A stretch of 64,000 nt of DNA from an uncultured cyanobacterium. Lineage in GTDB: Bacteria > Cyanobacteriota > Cyanobacteriia > Pseudanabaenales > Pseudanabaenaceae. The DNA lies in NCBI GenBank assembly GCA_963703315.1, contig OY969811.1, forward strand, positions 128,001-192,000. The letters are read 5' to 3'. The translations under genes and the position numbers were made by a program. Positions 9,734 to 19,535 of the stretch are shown here, piece by piece. Within the stretch, counting starts at the first letter, position 1. Each line of letters starts with the position of its first letter. The notes below the pieces were generated by a model. That model did no database searches, was not told the origin of the DNA, and saw only the letters and a program-made list of their open reading frames with translations.

Positions 9734-10798
9734 TTATAGCTGCGATTCGATCGCCTGTAACAATTTTTCCTGTGTCCAATTTTGGTAGAGATGAGCCGCG
9801 ATCGCTGCTGCACCTGCGCCCACACCTTCTTTAACAAAGCCCTGCTCATAAGCCCGTAACTGCGGAAATTGGGACTTGGCAAAACTTAGTTGGGTTGCGA
9901 GTAATGGCACATCACGCACAGCTAAGGCTAGCTCCATCGTTTTACCTGTGGGGTCTTCGGCAACCCATCGGGTTGTGCCGATCGCGATCGCGTTAGGATG
10001 CCATGTGAGATTTTGATAGATAGCGATCGCTCTGGCTAGGGCATAGACTGCCAGCATTTGTGTACCGCCTGCGAGTAATACACCTGCATGACGACTGGCG
10101 GCGATCGCCATTCCTGCGACGACAATTTGCATGGGATCGCCTACGGCTGCCACAATTTCAAAAGGTGTTGCTTCTGAGGTGAGATGTTGTAATCCTGATT
10201 GCACGATTTCCCATTTTTGATCATGGTTACAGGTGGGATGGGAGCTATTGACTTTATCTTTCGCCTCAATTCCCAAAGCGGTTAGGACAGCTAAAGCTGT
10301 AGTTGTACCACCGACGACACATTCACTGAGGATGACATAGGCTCCCGATTGCGCTAACTTCTCTCCCCAGACTAATCCCTGTACAAATAATTGCAATACG
10401 GTTTCAATGGGTAATGCTTTCCCTGTACTCACACATTTTGCGGGTAACCCACCGAGGGCGATCGCTTTAGTTTCATCGGTGGGAGAAATTAATAAACCTG
10501 CGTCAAAGATAAAAAGTGGTAGGTCTTGGGCAGCAACAACGGCACGGGAAATTAAGACGGGTGATGCACCTGCCACTAGGGGCGGTAAAGGGAAGTTAAT
10601 ATTTTTGCCTGTAGCCAGAAATTCGGCATCGGCGATCGCCGTATATTTGCGGTCTTCAGGAGTTGCTCCTGCGGCAGAAATATTGGGGATTAAGCCTGTT
10701 TCGGTAAATCCCAACACACAAGCAAATACTGGGCGTTTAGCACGATAGGTTTTGAGCCAAGCTTTGGCTTTTTTGCGTTGTGTGTAGATTTTAATCAT
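9734..10798 (-). CDS. cobT: nicotinate mononucleotide-dependent phosphoribosyltransferase (CobT, cyanobacterial/archaeal type)
   Basis: ISAAGATPEDRKYTAIADAE, SECVVGGTTTA, LAGGTQM, YEQGFVKEGVGAG. Confidence 0.8.
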   Translation of the reverse strand: MIKIYTQRKKAKAWLKTYRAKRPVFACVLGFTETGLIPNISAAGATPEDRKYTAIADAEFLATGKNINFPLPPLVAGASPVLISRAVVAAQDLPLFIFDAGLLISPTDETKAIALGGLPAKCVSTGKALPIETVLQLFVQGLVWGEKLAQSGAYVILSECVVGGTTTALAVLTALGIEAKDKVNSSHPTCNHDQKWEIVQSGLQHLTSEATPFEIVAAVGDPMQIVVAGMAIAASRHAGVLLAGGTQMLAVYALARAIAIYQNLTWHPNAIAIGTTRWVAEDPTGKTMELALAVRDVPLLATQLSFAKSQFPQLRAYEQGFVKEGVGAGAAAIAAHLYQNWTQEKLLQAIESQL

Positions 10799-10855
10799 TG
10801 ATCTTTTATAGCAAATCCCGTAGGTTCACTTTGTAAATATAGCTGTACCAGAAGA

Positions 10856-10884
10856 CGAGTGGCGGCGCTTCGCGCCGCCACTCG
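10856..10884. repeat. palindromic REP-like hairpin
   Basis: CGAGTGGCGGCGC-TTC-GCGCCGCCACTCG; similar cores at 51093-51143, 52941-52991 and 59032-59076. Confidence 0.8.
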
Positions 10885-10901
10885 CCTATATATTCGCAAG
10901 A

Positions 10902-11042
10902 TTATTTCTGCTTACGACAGCGATCGCTACAATATTTCACATCATCCCAACATTTTTCCCACTTCTTGCGCCATGTAAAGGGTTTGCCACAAACTACACA
11001 TTCTTTGCTGGGGAGAAAAGATTTATTCCCTTTGTAAGCCAT
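10902..11042 (-). CDS. DUF2256 family small Cys-rich protein (not in the ORF track)
   Basis: Manual translation, 46 aa: [46 protein letters not shown]. Confidence 0.85.
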   Translation of the reverse strand: MAYKGNKSFLPSKECVVCGKPFTWRKKWEKCWDDVKYCSDRCRKQK

Positions 11043-11131
11043 ATTTTTGAAAGATAGAGTATTGGTGTGAGGCTTTGCCTCACACCAATACTCTATAGCG
11101 TTTCCCCGTCAAGAATTGGGCAAGGACTAAG

Positions 11132-11226
11132 TAGCTGAGCATAATTAAAAACCAGAGCAAAACCTGTGGCGCACGCTGCGCGTGCGCCACAGGTTTTTGG
11201 GTTTTATATTTAATTGCGCTCAGCTA
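11132..11226. repeat. ~95-bp palindromic MITE/REP-like element, family A
   Basis: TAGCTGAGC...TGTGGCGCACGC-TGC-GCGTGCGCCACA...GCTCAGCTA; related copies at 14942, 40412, 42612, 48016 and a diverged one at 19358. Confidence 0.85.
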
Positions 11227-11238
11227 ATTATCATACTT

Positions 11239-12675
11239 TCAAGTATTTTGAATCGTATTCACCACTCGACGACGGGTTTCAAGAATTTGACTGATTTCGC
11301 GGGCAAAGTTGGGCTGGCGATCAATCATTTGATTCACGGCACTGGCGGAAATCATCATCACTTCTAAATCTTCAACAGCAGTAACGGCGATCGGACTGGG
11401 TTCACCAGAGAAAAGCGTCATCTCTCCAAAAAATTCGCCAGTCTTGACGATGAGAATTTCATGCTCTTTGCCATAGCGATCGCTGACGGTCATCATCGCT
11501 CGCCCTGCAATCACAATATATAAAGCATTACTACTATTTCCTTGCCAGATTACCTTTTCACCCGCACCATAATGCTGTAAATCAATTCCATCGGCATCAG
11601 AATCAGGATTTTGTAATGGCACAAATGCAGGGATTGATTGGAGGCTCTCGGTAAATTTTTTGGAAGTTCCCTCAGCATGGGAAGTGGGACCATGAAAATG
11701 ATAGAGGGTGCGAATCGGAAAGGGAATTGTGAGGCTATTGCGCTGGGCAGCATACCAGAGACGACTCATAAAGCGATCGCGAATTTCTTCTAGTTCAGCA
11801 TATTTATCGATAAAAAACTTCACTTCATAGGTAATCGATGAATCATCATAGGAAATTGTAAAAATTTGAGGTTCAGGATTTTTGAGAATTCCTTGAGTTT
11901 CTAATGCCGTATCGTGGAGAACGTGTTTGGCTAAGTTGGGAGGATCTTTATAGGAGAATCCCACACGAATACGCTCAGCATGGAGAGATTGCGGCTGACT
12001 AAAATTACGAATAATTTCATTGCTGATCAGCTTATGGGGAATAATCACCATCTCTCGCTCAAAGGTAATCAAGCGCACTGCACGCCAATTGATATCAATA
12101 ACTTGACCTTGAATGTCACCGACTTTGAGCCAGTCTCCCACCGAAAAGGGGCGCTCAAATAGAAGTGCAATCCCTGACATAACGCTGCCAAGGGTATCTT
12201 GCAAGGCTAAACCAATCACAATCGAACTCACCCCTAGAGCCGTGACTAGTCCTGCAAGGTCAGCATTCCAGACCGTTGCTAAGACGATCGCTGTACCTAA
12301 GAGAACTAAAAACAATCGAAATAAATCGATTAAGAGTTTCGGAACTCGCGCCCGCCAAGTATCCGCTTTTGCTTGTTCAAAAATGATGGCATTCAGGAGT
12401 GATAGCGCCGCGTGCAGCACACAAATCCAAAATAGAGTTTGGATGCTCTTAACGAGGTCATCACTAGCAGGACGTTGCAGCACATACTGCACAAACAGCA
12501 TGAAGGCAAACATTGGCAGTACCAAGTTCCGCACTACTTGCAAAGTGTTAGCTAGTGGTTTGCGCCGCTTTTGCAAGCGATAAATCACTTCACCAAGAAT
12601 AATTACCGATAGAGCTAAACCGATAATTAAGGCGATCGCCCAAACAAATAGATAACTGGCAGTAGGTTGTGGCAT
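11239..12675 (-). CDS. MscS mechanosensitive channel with C-terminal cyclic-nucleotide-binding domain
   Basis: TM helices, IGLALQDTLG, RPFSVGDW, IPFPIR; C-terminal GEFFGEM CNB motif. Confidence 0.9.
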   Translation of the reverse strand: MPQPTASYLFVWAIALIIGLALSVIILGEVIYRLQKRRKPLANTLQVVRNLVLPMFAFMLFVQYVLQRPASDDLVKSIQTLFWICVLHAALSLLNAIIFEQAKADTWRARVPKLLIDLFRLFLVLLGTAIVLATVWNADLAGLVTALGVSSIVIGLALQDTLGSVMSGIALLFERPFSVGDWLKVGDIQGQVIDINWRAVRLITFEREMVIIPHKLISNEIIRNFSQPQSLHAERIRVGFSYKDPPNLAKHVLHDTALETQGILKNPEPQIFTISYDDSSITYEVKFFIDKYAELEEIRDRFMSRLWYAAQRNSLTIPFPIRTLYHFHGPTSHAEGTSKKFTESLQSIPAFVPLQNPDSDADGIDLQHYGAGEKVIWQGNSSNALYIVIAGRAMMTVSDRYGKEHEILIVKTGEFFGEMTLFSGEPSPIAVTAVEDLEVMMISASAVNQMIDRQPNFAREISQILETRRRVVNTIQNT

Positions 12676-12728
12676 ATAGGCTTGTTAGTAATTGGAAGTA
12701 ATAATTGCCGAGATCCGCATGGCAATCA

Positions 12729-14846
12729 TTACTTAGTTTTTTTGAGTTGCCATGCTTGCAACAGATTTGTACCATCTTCGATCTTGGTGGCTAGAGGGGC
12801 AAACTCATAGAGATCGCCGAGACGGTTATAAATTTCCTGAGAGACTAAAATCGTTCCCTCTGGACAAGCGGATTTTAAAGCACTCGCAATATTGATCGTG
12901 TCGCCCCAGACATCGTAAAGGAATTTATTTCTACCGACAATTCCTGCCACGATATCACCTGAGTTAACTCCTAAACTGATATTCAAATGGAGGTTCCGTT
13001 CTTGGCTAAACCTTCGCACGATCGCTTGCATTTCTAGACCAAAATCGATCGCCCGTTTATCATGGTCGAGGTAAGGGACAGATAATCCACAAACTGCCAT
13101 ATAGCTATCACCGATGGTTTTAATTTTTTCGATGCCATAGCGATCGGCGGTTTCATCAAAGCTGGTCACGAGATCATTGAGAATACTCACAATTTCGTAA
13201 GCGCTCAACGAATCGGATAATTTGGAAAAACCTGTCAAATCAGAAAATATCACCGTTACATTAGAAATACTTTCCGCAATATTTTTTTCGCCTTGCTTGA
13301 GGCGCTTAGCGATCGCCGCAGGAAAGATACTCAGCAATAACTGCTCATTCTCACGATTTTTCTCTTCCACTAAATCGGTTTGATCGCGAAGACTTATCAC
13401 CATTGCATTAAAGGATTGAGCAAGCTCCCCAAATTCATCTTGACTCTCTAAAGTGGCGATCGCATCCAATTGACCAGCCGCCACTTTACGAGCGCTCTCA
13501 ATTAATTGATTAATCGGTTTCACAAAAAAGGATGCCATAACCATCGCTAATACCACGACTACCAGCATGAGCAGCGTTGCCGAAATTAATAACTGACGCT
13601 CAAAATCATAAATAGGGGTATAGGCTTCGGCTAAATCAATTTCTGATAAAACTGCCCAATTCAATCCTTCTATTTGTAAAGGAGCATAGGAACTCAGTAC
13701 AGGAATATCACGATAATCGCGAATAGTTTTAATACCCTGTTTACCCATTAGTGATTCCTCAACCGCAGGTGTACGCACAGTCTGTGCCAAGATCGAAGTC
13801 TTATATTGCCGAATCCGATTAATCGTTTCTTTATTCGCTCCCAAAGCCGTGAGGGTTTTAATATATTCTTCAGGGGTTTCAATCAAAAAGCGGGAAACCG
13901 ATCGCATTAGATAGTCTTGACCAACCAGATAGGTTTCACCACTTTTACCTAAGCCATCACCTTCCCATTTACGATTACCCGTCATCACATTATTAATCTC
14001 ATCCACTGGTACTTGGATGGCGAGAACTCCAATAAATTTAGATTGATTAAAAATGGGAGCCGCAATAAAGGCGGCAGGAGCGCCGTAGGATGGAGCATAG
14101 GATTCAAAATCAATAATTCGGGCATAGTCTTTTTCTTTGGAACGACGGATGGAGGCGAATAGACGGGCTAAGTTACTATCGTTATAAGCGCCAATAGTCA
14201 AACTAGTGGCAAAATCTGTCTCTTTATAAACCGTATAAACAATTCTGCCATCGGCATCAATCAGGAAGAGGTCATAGTAACCAAACTTCTCAATAATATT
14301 TCTAAAAATGGGATGATAACGCTCATGGAGACGGCTATATTCACTGCCATCATTGGCTTTGTCTAAGATATGTTTTTTGCCAACGGGTTGAGAATTTGCC
14401 GCGATGTAATGATATTGCAGATAGTTACTGGCGATCGATTCTGGTAAAAAAGAATTGAGAACGGGAGAACCCTGCTCTGTCTTGGCTAACTTAGGCAAAA
14501 ATTCATTTTGATAATAGGCATTAATTTTTGGAGATGCATCGGCGGGTAAGTTTGCAGTATCAAGCTGTCGATAAGCATTGGTAAATTCAGCGATCGCCGA
14601 TCCCATCGATGGATCATTGCTCAAAGTTTGAATGTGATTGCGAATGGTTTTGAAATAGGACTCAATTTGGTAGGCTTTGGATGCGCGGACACTGGTTAGC
14701 TGATTAAACACGCGATCGGTCAAGTTAGATTTTCCACTTTGATAACCCAGATATGCCGTCACGAGAATGGAGCTACTGCTAACCATTAACAACATCAAAA
14801 TCAGTTTTGATTTGATGCTCAGCCAATTGAATTTAAACCACTGCAT
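12729..14846 (-). CDS. class III adenylate/guanylate cyclase (TM-Cache-TM-HAMP-cyclase)
   Basis: Two TM segments, HAMP DEFGELAQSFNAM, FSDLTGF, EKIKTIGDSYM, YDVWGDTIN; likely start 14846. Confidence 0.85.
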   Translation of the reverse strand: MQWFKFNWLSIKSKLILMLLMVSSSSILVTAYLGYQSGKSNLTDRVFNQLTSVRASKAYQIESYFKTIRNHIQTLSNDPSMGSAIAEFTNAYRQLDTANLPADASPKINAYYQNEFLPKLAKTEQGSPVLNSFLPESIASNYLQYHYIAANSQPVGKKHILDKANDGSEYSRLHERYHPIFRNIIEKFGYYDLFLIDADGRIVYTVYKETDFATSLTIGAYNDSNLARLFASIRRSKEKDYARIIDFESYAPSYGAPAAFIAAPIFNQSKFIGVLAIQVPVDEINNVMTGNRKWEGDGLGKSGETYLVGQDYLMRSVSRFLIETPEEYIKTLTALGANKETINRIRQYKTSILAQTVRTPAVEESLMGKQGIKTIRDYRDIPVLSSYAPLQIEGLNWAVLSEIDLAEAYTPIYDFERQLLISATLLMLVVVVLAMVMASFFVKPINQLIESARKVAAGQLDAIATLESQDEFGELAQSFNAMVISLRDQTDLVEEKNRENEQLLLSIFPAAIAKRLKQGEKNIAESISNVTVIFSDLTGFSKLSDSLSAYEIVSILNDLVTSFDETADRYGIEKIKTIGDSYMAVCGLSVPYLDHDKRAIDFGLEMQAIVRRFSQERNLHLNISLGVNSGDIVAGIVGRNKFLYDVWGDTINIASALKSACPEGTILVSQEIYNRLGDLYEFAPLATKIEDGTNLLQAWQLKKTK

Positions 14847-14941
14847 ATAAAACCGTTTATTTACTTGAGTCAGCAAAGCTGGAAACGCTCTCAGTTTTAC
14901 AGGTAATGACTACATCTATATGGAACCAAATATACTGAATA

Positions 14942-15004
14942 ATATAAAAACCTAAAACCTGTGGCGCACGCGCAGCGTGCGCCACAGGTTTTAGGTTTTT
15001 ATAT
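14942..15004. repeat. family A palindrome, perfect 30-bp arms with GCA triloop
   Basis: ATATAAAAACCTAAAACCTGTGGCGCACGC-GCA-GCGTGCGCCACAGGTTTTAGGTTTTTATAT. Confidence 0.9.
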
Positions 15005-15104
15005 CAAATATCGCAAAATTAAAATCCTGCGCTTTATGCCGTACCTTATTTTTTCGGGTTATGTTCTAAACTTATAGTGACAACACCTCTATGGGTGTCC
15101 CGTT

Positions 15105-15210
15105 TAATAGCAATTTACGAAAGTGTGCCAACACTTTTATGAATTAAAACCCAAATCCAGTAAGGGTTTTCAAAACTAAAAATGGATACGCCATTTTTAG
15201 TTTTGGTATA
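15105..15210 (+). repeat. ~105-bp multi-hairpin dispersed repeat, family C
   Basis: ACGAAAGTGTG..ACACTTT, AAACCC...AAGGGTTT, AAAATGG...CCATTTT...GGTATA; copies at 27901-28006 (+) and 56524-56628 (-). Confidence 0.85.
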
Positions 15211-15243
15211 ACATTTTTTTAGTTTAAGCCGCGCACCAAAACC

Positions 15244-17223
15244 ATGCTAGGGAAAATCCTTGTAAGTCGTTATAAAATTTCTGAAGAATTAGGGCGTGGC
15301 GGTTTTGGTCAGACCTTCATTGCTGAAGATATGCACTTACCTGGTCATCCAAAATGTGTAATTAAGCAATTAAAGCCGAGGGATACACATACATTTGTTT
15401 TGGAGTCAGCCAGAAAGTTATTCGATCGCGAGGCTCAAACTCTCTATAAGTTGGGAAACCATAGTCAAATTCCATCACTCTTAGCTCACTTTGAGTATGA
15501 AACGGAATTTTATTTAGCACAAGAGATGATTGAAGGCAATGTCCTCAGCCGCGAAATCACATCTGGCAAACAATTAAATGAAGCCTATGTTTTATGGCTA
15601 CTGCAAGAAGTATTAGAAGTTTTAGCGTTTGTCCATACCCAGAATGTAATCCATCGCGATATCAAACCATCAAATTTGATTAAACGATTTGCAGATGGCA
15701 AGATTGTCCTGATTGACTTTGGCGCAGTTAAAGAGACTAGTTTACAAACAAGCGGGTCGCAAGAACATACAAGTATCACGGTCACAATTGGCTCCCCTGG
15801 TTATATGCCTGATGAGCAAGCTAACGGCAGACCCAAATTTGCAAGTGATATTTATGCAACGGGGATGATGTGCATTCATGCGCTGACGGGAGTAACGCCT
15901 AGCCAAATGCCCGAAGACCAAAAAACGGGAGAAATTGTTTGGCGCGATCTGGTTCCTCATCTTAATTCGGAACTGGCAAATTTTTTAGACAAGATGACGC
16001 GCCCACATTTTTCGCAGCGTTTTCAAAATGGAACTGAGGCTTTGCTCGCCTTACAGGATTTGCAAAGAGCAGATGCTTTCAGTACGACTATTATTCCCAG
16101 TCAACCAATGCAAGCAGCGATCGCCTCTATTAATGAATCTGATCAACCTAATTCAACTATTGTGCTGACGGAGCCAAATATTACACCTGTAGAGCAACCT
16201 TCAACTGTGATTTCGCCTGACCCTGTAGTTAGTGAACCTCCTCACACAACGATCACTGTACCCAAGTTTGTTGCAGCACAAAATGCATTGCAAGGTACTA
16301 CAGTTTCTAAGCAAGATGATCCATCAGTAACCAATGTTGCTGAAAAGCCGATCGCTAGCAAACTACAAGTCAAGAAGCCGTTTTTGATTATTGCTGCAAT
16401 CATCGCCGTGATCGCCGCAATTTCCAGTCATATAGTTTGGAAACAGTCTGAAGATAGTAAGCGCCTTGCTCAAGAGATAGAATTAATCAAGGGTTTAAAG
16501 GGAAGTCAAAAATATCAAGAATGTAGCGATCGCGCCAAGGCAATTTCTAGCAGTGCAGCCGATACGCCTGTGCAAAGTTTGCTAAAGGAATGTCTCAATG
16601 GTCTGAGTGAGATTGAAGGCAAAGCACAACTAACGGAAGCTCAAAAGTTAGTCAAACAGAATAAGCTAAAAGAGGCGATCGCGATCGCTACTAAAATTAA
16701 TCCCAATAGTTCTGTATATGCAGAGTCTCAGAAATTAATTGATCAATGGTCACAACAACTTTTAGGCATTGCTACAAAAAAATATCAAGAGGAAGGTCAG
16801 TTAAAAGAGGCGATCGCCTTACTACAGGAAATTCCTCTCAATACTCCAACAGGTAGAAAAGTCACTGCACTTACAAATGAATGGCAAATGCAATTTGAAA
16901 AAGAGAGTAAAGCTTTAGCATTAGCAAAAACAGCTTTATCTCAAGCCCGATGGAATGATGCGATCCTAGAATCAAATAAAGTGAAACTACCATTTTTAAG
17001 AATTAAGGCTACGGATATTACAAATCAGGCAAGAGCGGAAATAATTGCCGAAAACTCAGGTACTTACACTGTTTTAGATAGGAGTCCATTACCCCAGCCA
17101 GAGACATCTGTCAAATCAGAGCCATCTATTACAACTAATCCACCGATCACAACTAACTCACCTGTTAATCCATCTTCTTCACCTCAAAATGACTCTGACG
17201 GCTTAACTACAGGTAGTAGATAA
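15244..17223 (+). CDS. Ser/Thr protein kinase (Pkn2-type), membrane-anchored with extracytoplasmic helical domain
   Basis: LGRGGFG, VIKQL, HRDIKPSN, DFG, GSPGYMP; hydrophobic TM segment FLIIAAIIAVIAAIS. Confidence 0.9.
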   Translation: MLGKILVSRYKISEELGRGGFGQTFIAEDMHLPGHPKCVIKQLKPRDTHTFVLESARKLFDREAQTLYKLGNHSQIPSLLAHFEYETEFYLAQEMIEGNVLSREITSGKQLNEAYVLWLLQEVLEVLAFVHTQNVIHRDIKPSNLIKRFADGKIVLIDFGAVKETSLQTSGSQEHTSITVTIGSPGYMPDEQANGRPKFASDIYATGMMCIHALTGVTPSQMPEDQKTGEIVWRDLVPHLNSELANFLDKMTRPHFSQRFQNGTEALLALQDLQRADAFSTTIIPSQPMQAAIASINESDQPNSTIVLTEPNITPVEQPSTVISPDPVVSEPPHTTITVPKFVAAQNALQGTTVSKQDDPSVTNVAEKPIASKLQVKKPFLIIAAIIAVIAAISSHIVWKQSEDSKRLAQEIELIKGLKGSQKYQECSDRAKAISSSAADTPVQSLLKECLNGLSEIEGKAQLTEAQKLVKQNKLKEAIAIATKINPNSSVYAESQKLIDQWSQQLLGIATKKYQEEGQLKEAIALLQEIPLNTPTGRKVTALTNEWQMQFEKESKALALAKTALSQARWNDAILESNKVKLPFLRIKATDITNQARAEIIAENSGTYTVLDRSPLPQPETSVKSEPSITTNPPITTNSPVNPSSSPQNDSDGLTTGSR

Positions 17224-17242
17224 ACTTTATGTACTCAGTTCT

Positions 17243-18484
17243 TTACTCCTTGTTCTCACTCAATAACTTATCGCGGAGTTTGATAGCTTCAGGATAGTCT
17301 GGATTTAGCTCAATTGCCTTATTAACCGCTTCAAGCGATTCTTTATTTCTATTTAGCCTTGCTAATGTCAAACCTAAACCGAACCATGAATTATAAGCAT
17401 CTAGATCCTTATCAATCTTTACCCAATCAGAATCGACCTTAGTTACCAAAGAATAAGCATCTAGCTTTATGGCTTGTTTAAATGACTCTACGGCTTCTAA
17501 ATATTTCTTATCCCTAAAAAGAGTCACACCTTTAAGATGCCAAACCCTAGAGATTCTAACTGTTGAAATCTCCGCCTCACTCAAATCAAAAGGACTAATC
17601 CTTAGACGAACATCATCAGCACTTTGTTTTACAATTTTTTCAAGAATGAGTAGAACTTCTTCATACCTTTCAAGATCAATCAGAAATCTAGCCCTATGAT
17701 ATAAACGCAGTGAATTTGGCTTAAGAAGAATAGATTTATCAAGAGAATTAAGAGCTTCTTGATAAATCTTTTTAGCATCTTCTGGTTTTCCTAGTCTATC
17801 AAGTACTAGTCCTTGCTGTCGAAGTGCCAAACTTCGGTTATACAAATACTCGGAATTACCAAACTGTCTTGGTAATCGAAGTGCTGTACTATAGACATCA
17901 ATAGCCTCTTGATATCGATTTAGAGCATCTTGATCACGCCCTTGTTCTATTTGATAATTGCCTAGCTCTCGCAAAGAATTACCTAACCAATTGAAGTAAT
18001 CTCCATTGTCAGAATTAAGCTCAACCGCCTTTTTGTAAGAATCTACTGCATCCTGATAGAAACCTCTTCTATACATTGATAGTCCTAGATTTGTCCAATA
18101 AATAGACCGATAAGGATTAAGTAGAATTGCCTGATTATAGGAATTAGCCGCCTCCAAATAGCGCCCTAAATTATGCAGAGCATCGCCACGCTTTTTCCAA
18201 ATATTAGGAGCATTAGGCTGAAGTCGAGATGCTTTGTCATACTCTTCAAATGCTTGTCGATATTGCTCAAATTTAAAATTATCACTATCATTGTTATTCC
18301 AAAGAGAAGTATCATTGCCTGATTGTGATAGCAAGAGAGATTTAGATGGAGAGAGATTTTGAGCTTGAGAGGTTTGGATGAATTGACAAGATATTGCTGC
18401 GGTTAATCCTATTTTTAAGAGCAAAGGACGAAATGATAATCTAGACTTGTTGAGTGTAAATTTTTGCATTGTCTTAAAACTCAA
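17243..18484 (-). CDS. TPR-repeat protein with probable signal peptide
   Basis: Multiple W..RG.AL..LGRY.EA..SY..AI.LNP repeats; start uncertain. Confidence 0.85.
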   Translation of the reverse strand: MSFKTMQKFTLNKSRLSFRPLLLKIGLTAAISCQFIQTSQAQNLSPSKSLLLSQSGNDTSLWNNNDSDNFKFEQYRQAFEEYDKASRLQPNAPNIWKKRGDALHNLGRYLEAANSYNQAILLNPYRSIYWTNLGLSMYRRGFYQDAVDSYKKAVELNSDNGDYFNWLGNSLRELGNYQIEQGRDQDALNRYQEAIDVYSTALRLPRQFGNSEYLYNRSLALRQQGLVLDRLGKPEDAKKIYQEALNSLDKSILLKPNSLRLYHRARFLIDLERYEEVLLILEKIVKQSADDVRLRISPFDLSEAEISTVRISRVWHLKGVTLFRDKKYLEAVESFKQAIKLDAYSLVTKVDSDWVKIDKDLDAYNSWFGLGLTLARLNRNKESLEAVNKAIELNPDYPEAIKLRDKLLSENKE

Positions 18485-18581
18485 CTAACTATCAAACTTA
18501 ATTAATTGCTAATTAAAACATACACATAAAAAATTTAGCAATCAGCAATAAATAGTAAGTAGGAAGATTTTCATTGCAAAA

Positions 18582-19283
18582 TCATGATAAATAGGAATCA
18601 ATTAAGCCATGTTGCAACGCATAGCGCACTAACTCGGTGCGGCTACTTGTACCAGTTTTACCAAATAAACGGCTGACATATTTCTCCACATTGCGAATTG
18701 TTGTACCAAGACGCTTAGCAATTTCTTTATTCATCAAGCCCTCAACCACAAGCTCTAACACACTCTGTTCACGAGGCGTGAACTCAATCTTGATGGGGGG
18801 AGGTGTAACGTTAATGGCTGGCTTTTGCTTGAGCAATGCCTTAATTTCCGCAAGTTGTCCTGCTAAGTCGGTAATCTCGGTAGTGTTGCTATTGGCAGTA
18901 ACCGATTGGATCGCACGACGAGCAATCAAGTTTTCGGCGATCGCTACTAACTCATCGGGGTCAAAGGGCTTCGACAAATAGGCATCACAACCTGCGTTAT
19001 AGCCCTCGATCCGATCTTTGGTCATGCCCTTAGCCGTCAAAAACACCACAGGCAAATTCAGAAACCTGACATCTTCACGCATTTGCTTCAGAAACTCATA
19101 CCCACTCACTTGCGGCATCATGATGTCCGAAATCACCAGATCAGGTGTCATTTGCTCTAGCAGTTGCCACGCATCCCTTGCATTGTTGGCAACCTGCACC
19201 GCAAAGCCGCTATCTTCGAGATAGGCTTGGACTGCCTCTCTGAGTCCTGGTTCATCATCCACAAGCAGGATATGTCCTGACAT
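18582..19283 (-). CDS. ycf29: NarL/LuxR response regulator (Ycf29/Rre1-like)
   Basis: LLVDDEPG, ISDIMMP, LTAKG, SKPF receiver; TPREQSVL...GLMNKEIA...RNVEKYVSRL HTH. Confidence 0.8.
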   Translation of the reverse strand: MSGHILLVDDEPGLREAVQAYLEDSGFAVQVANNARDAWQLLEQMTPDLVISDIMMPQVSGYEFLKQMREDVRFLNLPVVFLTAKGMTKDRIEGYNAGCDAYLSKPFDPDELVAIAENLIARRAIQSVTANSNTTEITDLAGQLAEIKALLKQKPAINVTPPPIKIEFTPREQSVLELVVEGLMNKEIAKRLGTTIRNVEKYVSRLFGKTGTSSRTELVRYALQHGLIDSYLS

Positions 19284-19535
19284 AGTTATCCTTTCATTCT
19301 GCGATCGCGATATTACCCACTATATAAGTAAGTAGGCTTAATTAAGTATAAAAACTCCTAAAAGCTGTGCTGTCCACTAGGCGGGCAGCACAGCTTTTAG
19401 ATCTGAAGGTACTTAGCAATCAATCATTCGTTAAGATAACTACAGGGATCTAGTCTGCTAGAATCAGGTCTAGATATTTATACTCCTGTTTAGTTCACGC
19501 CCCACCTATAGGGAACTTAGAGTCACGTCACCGCC

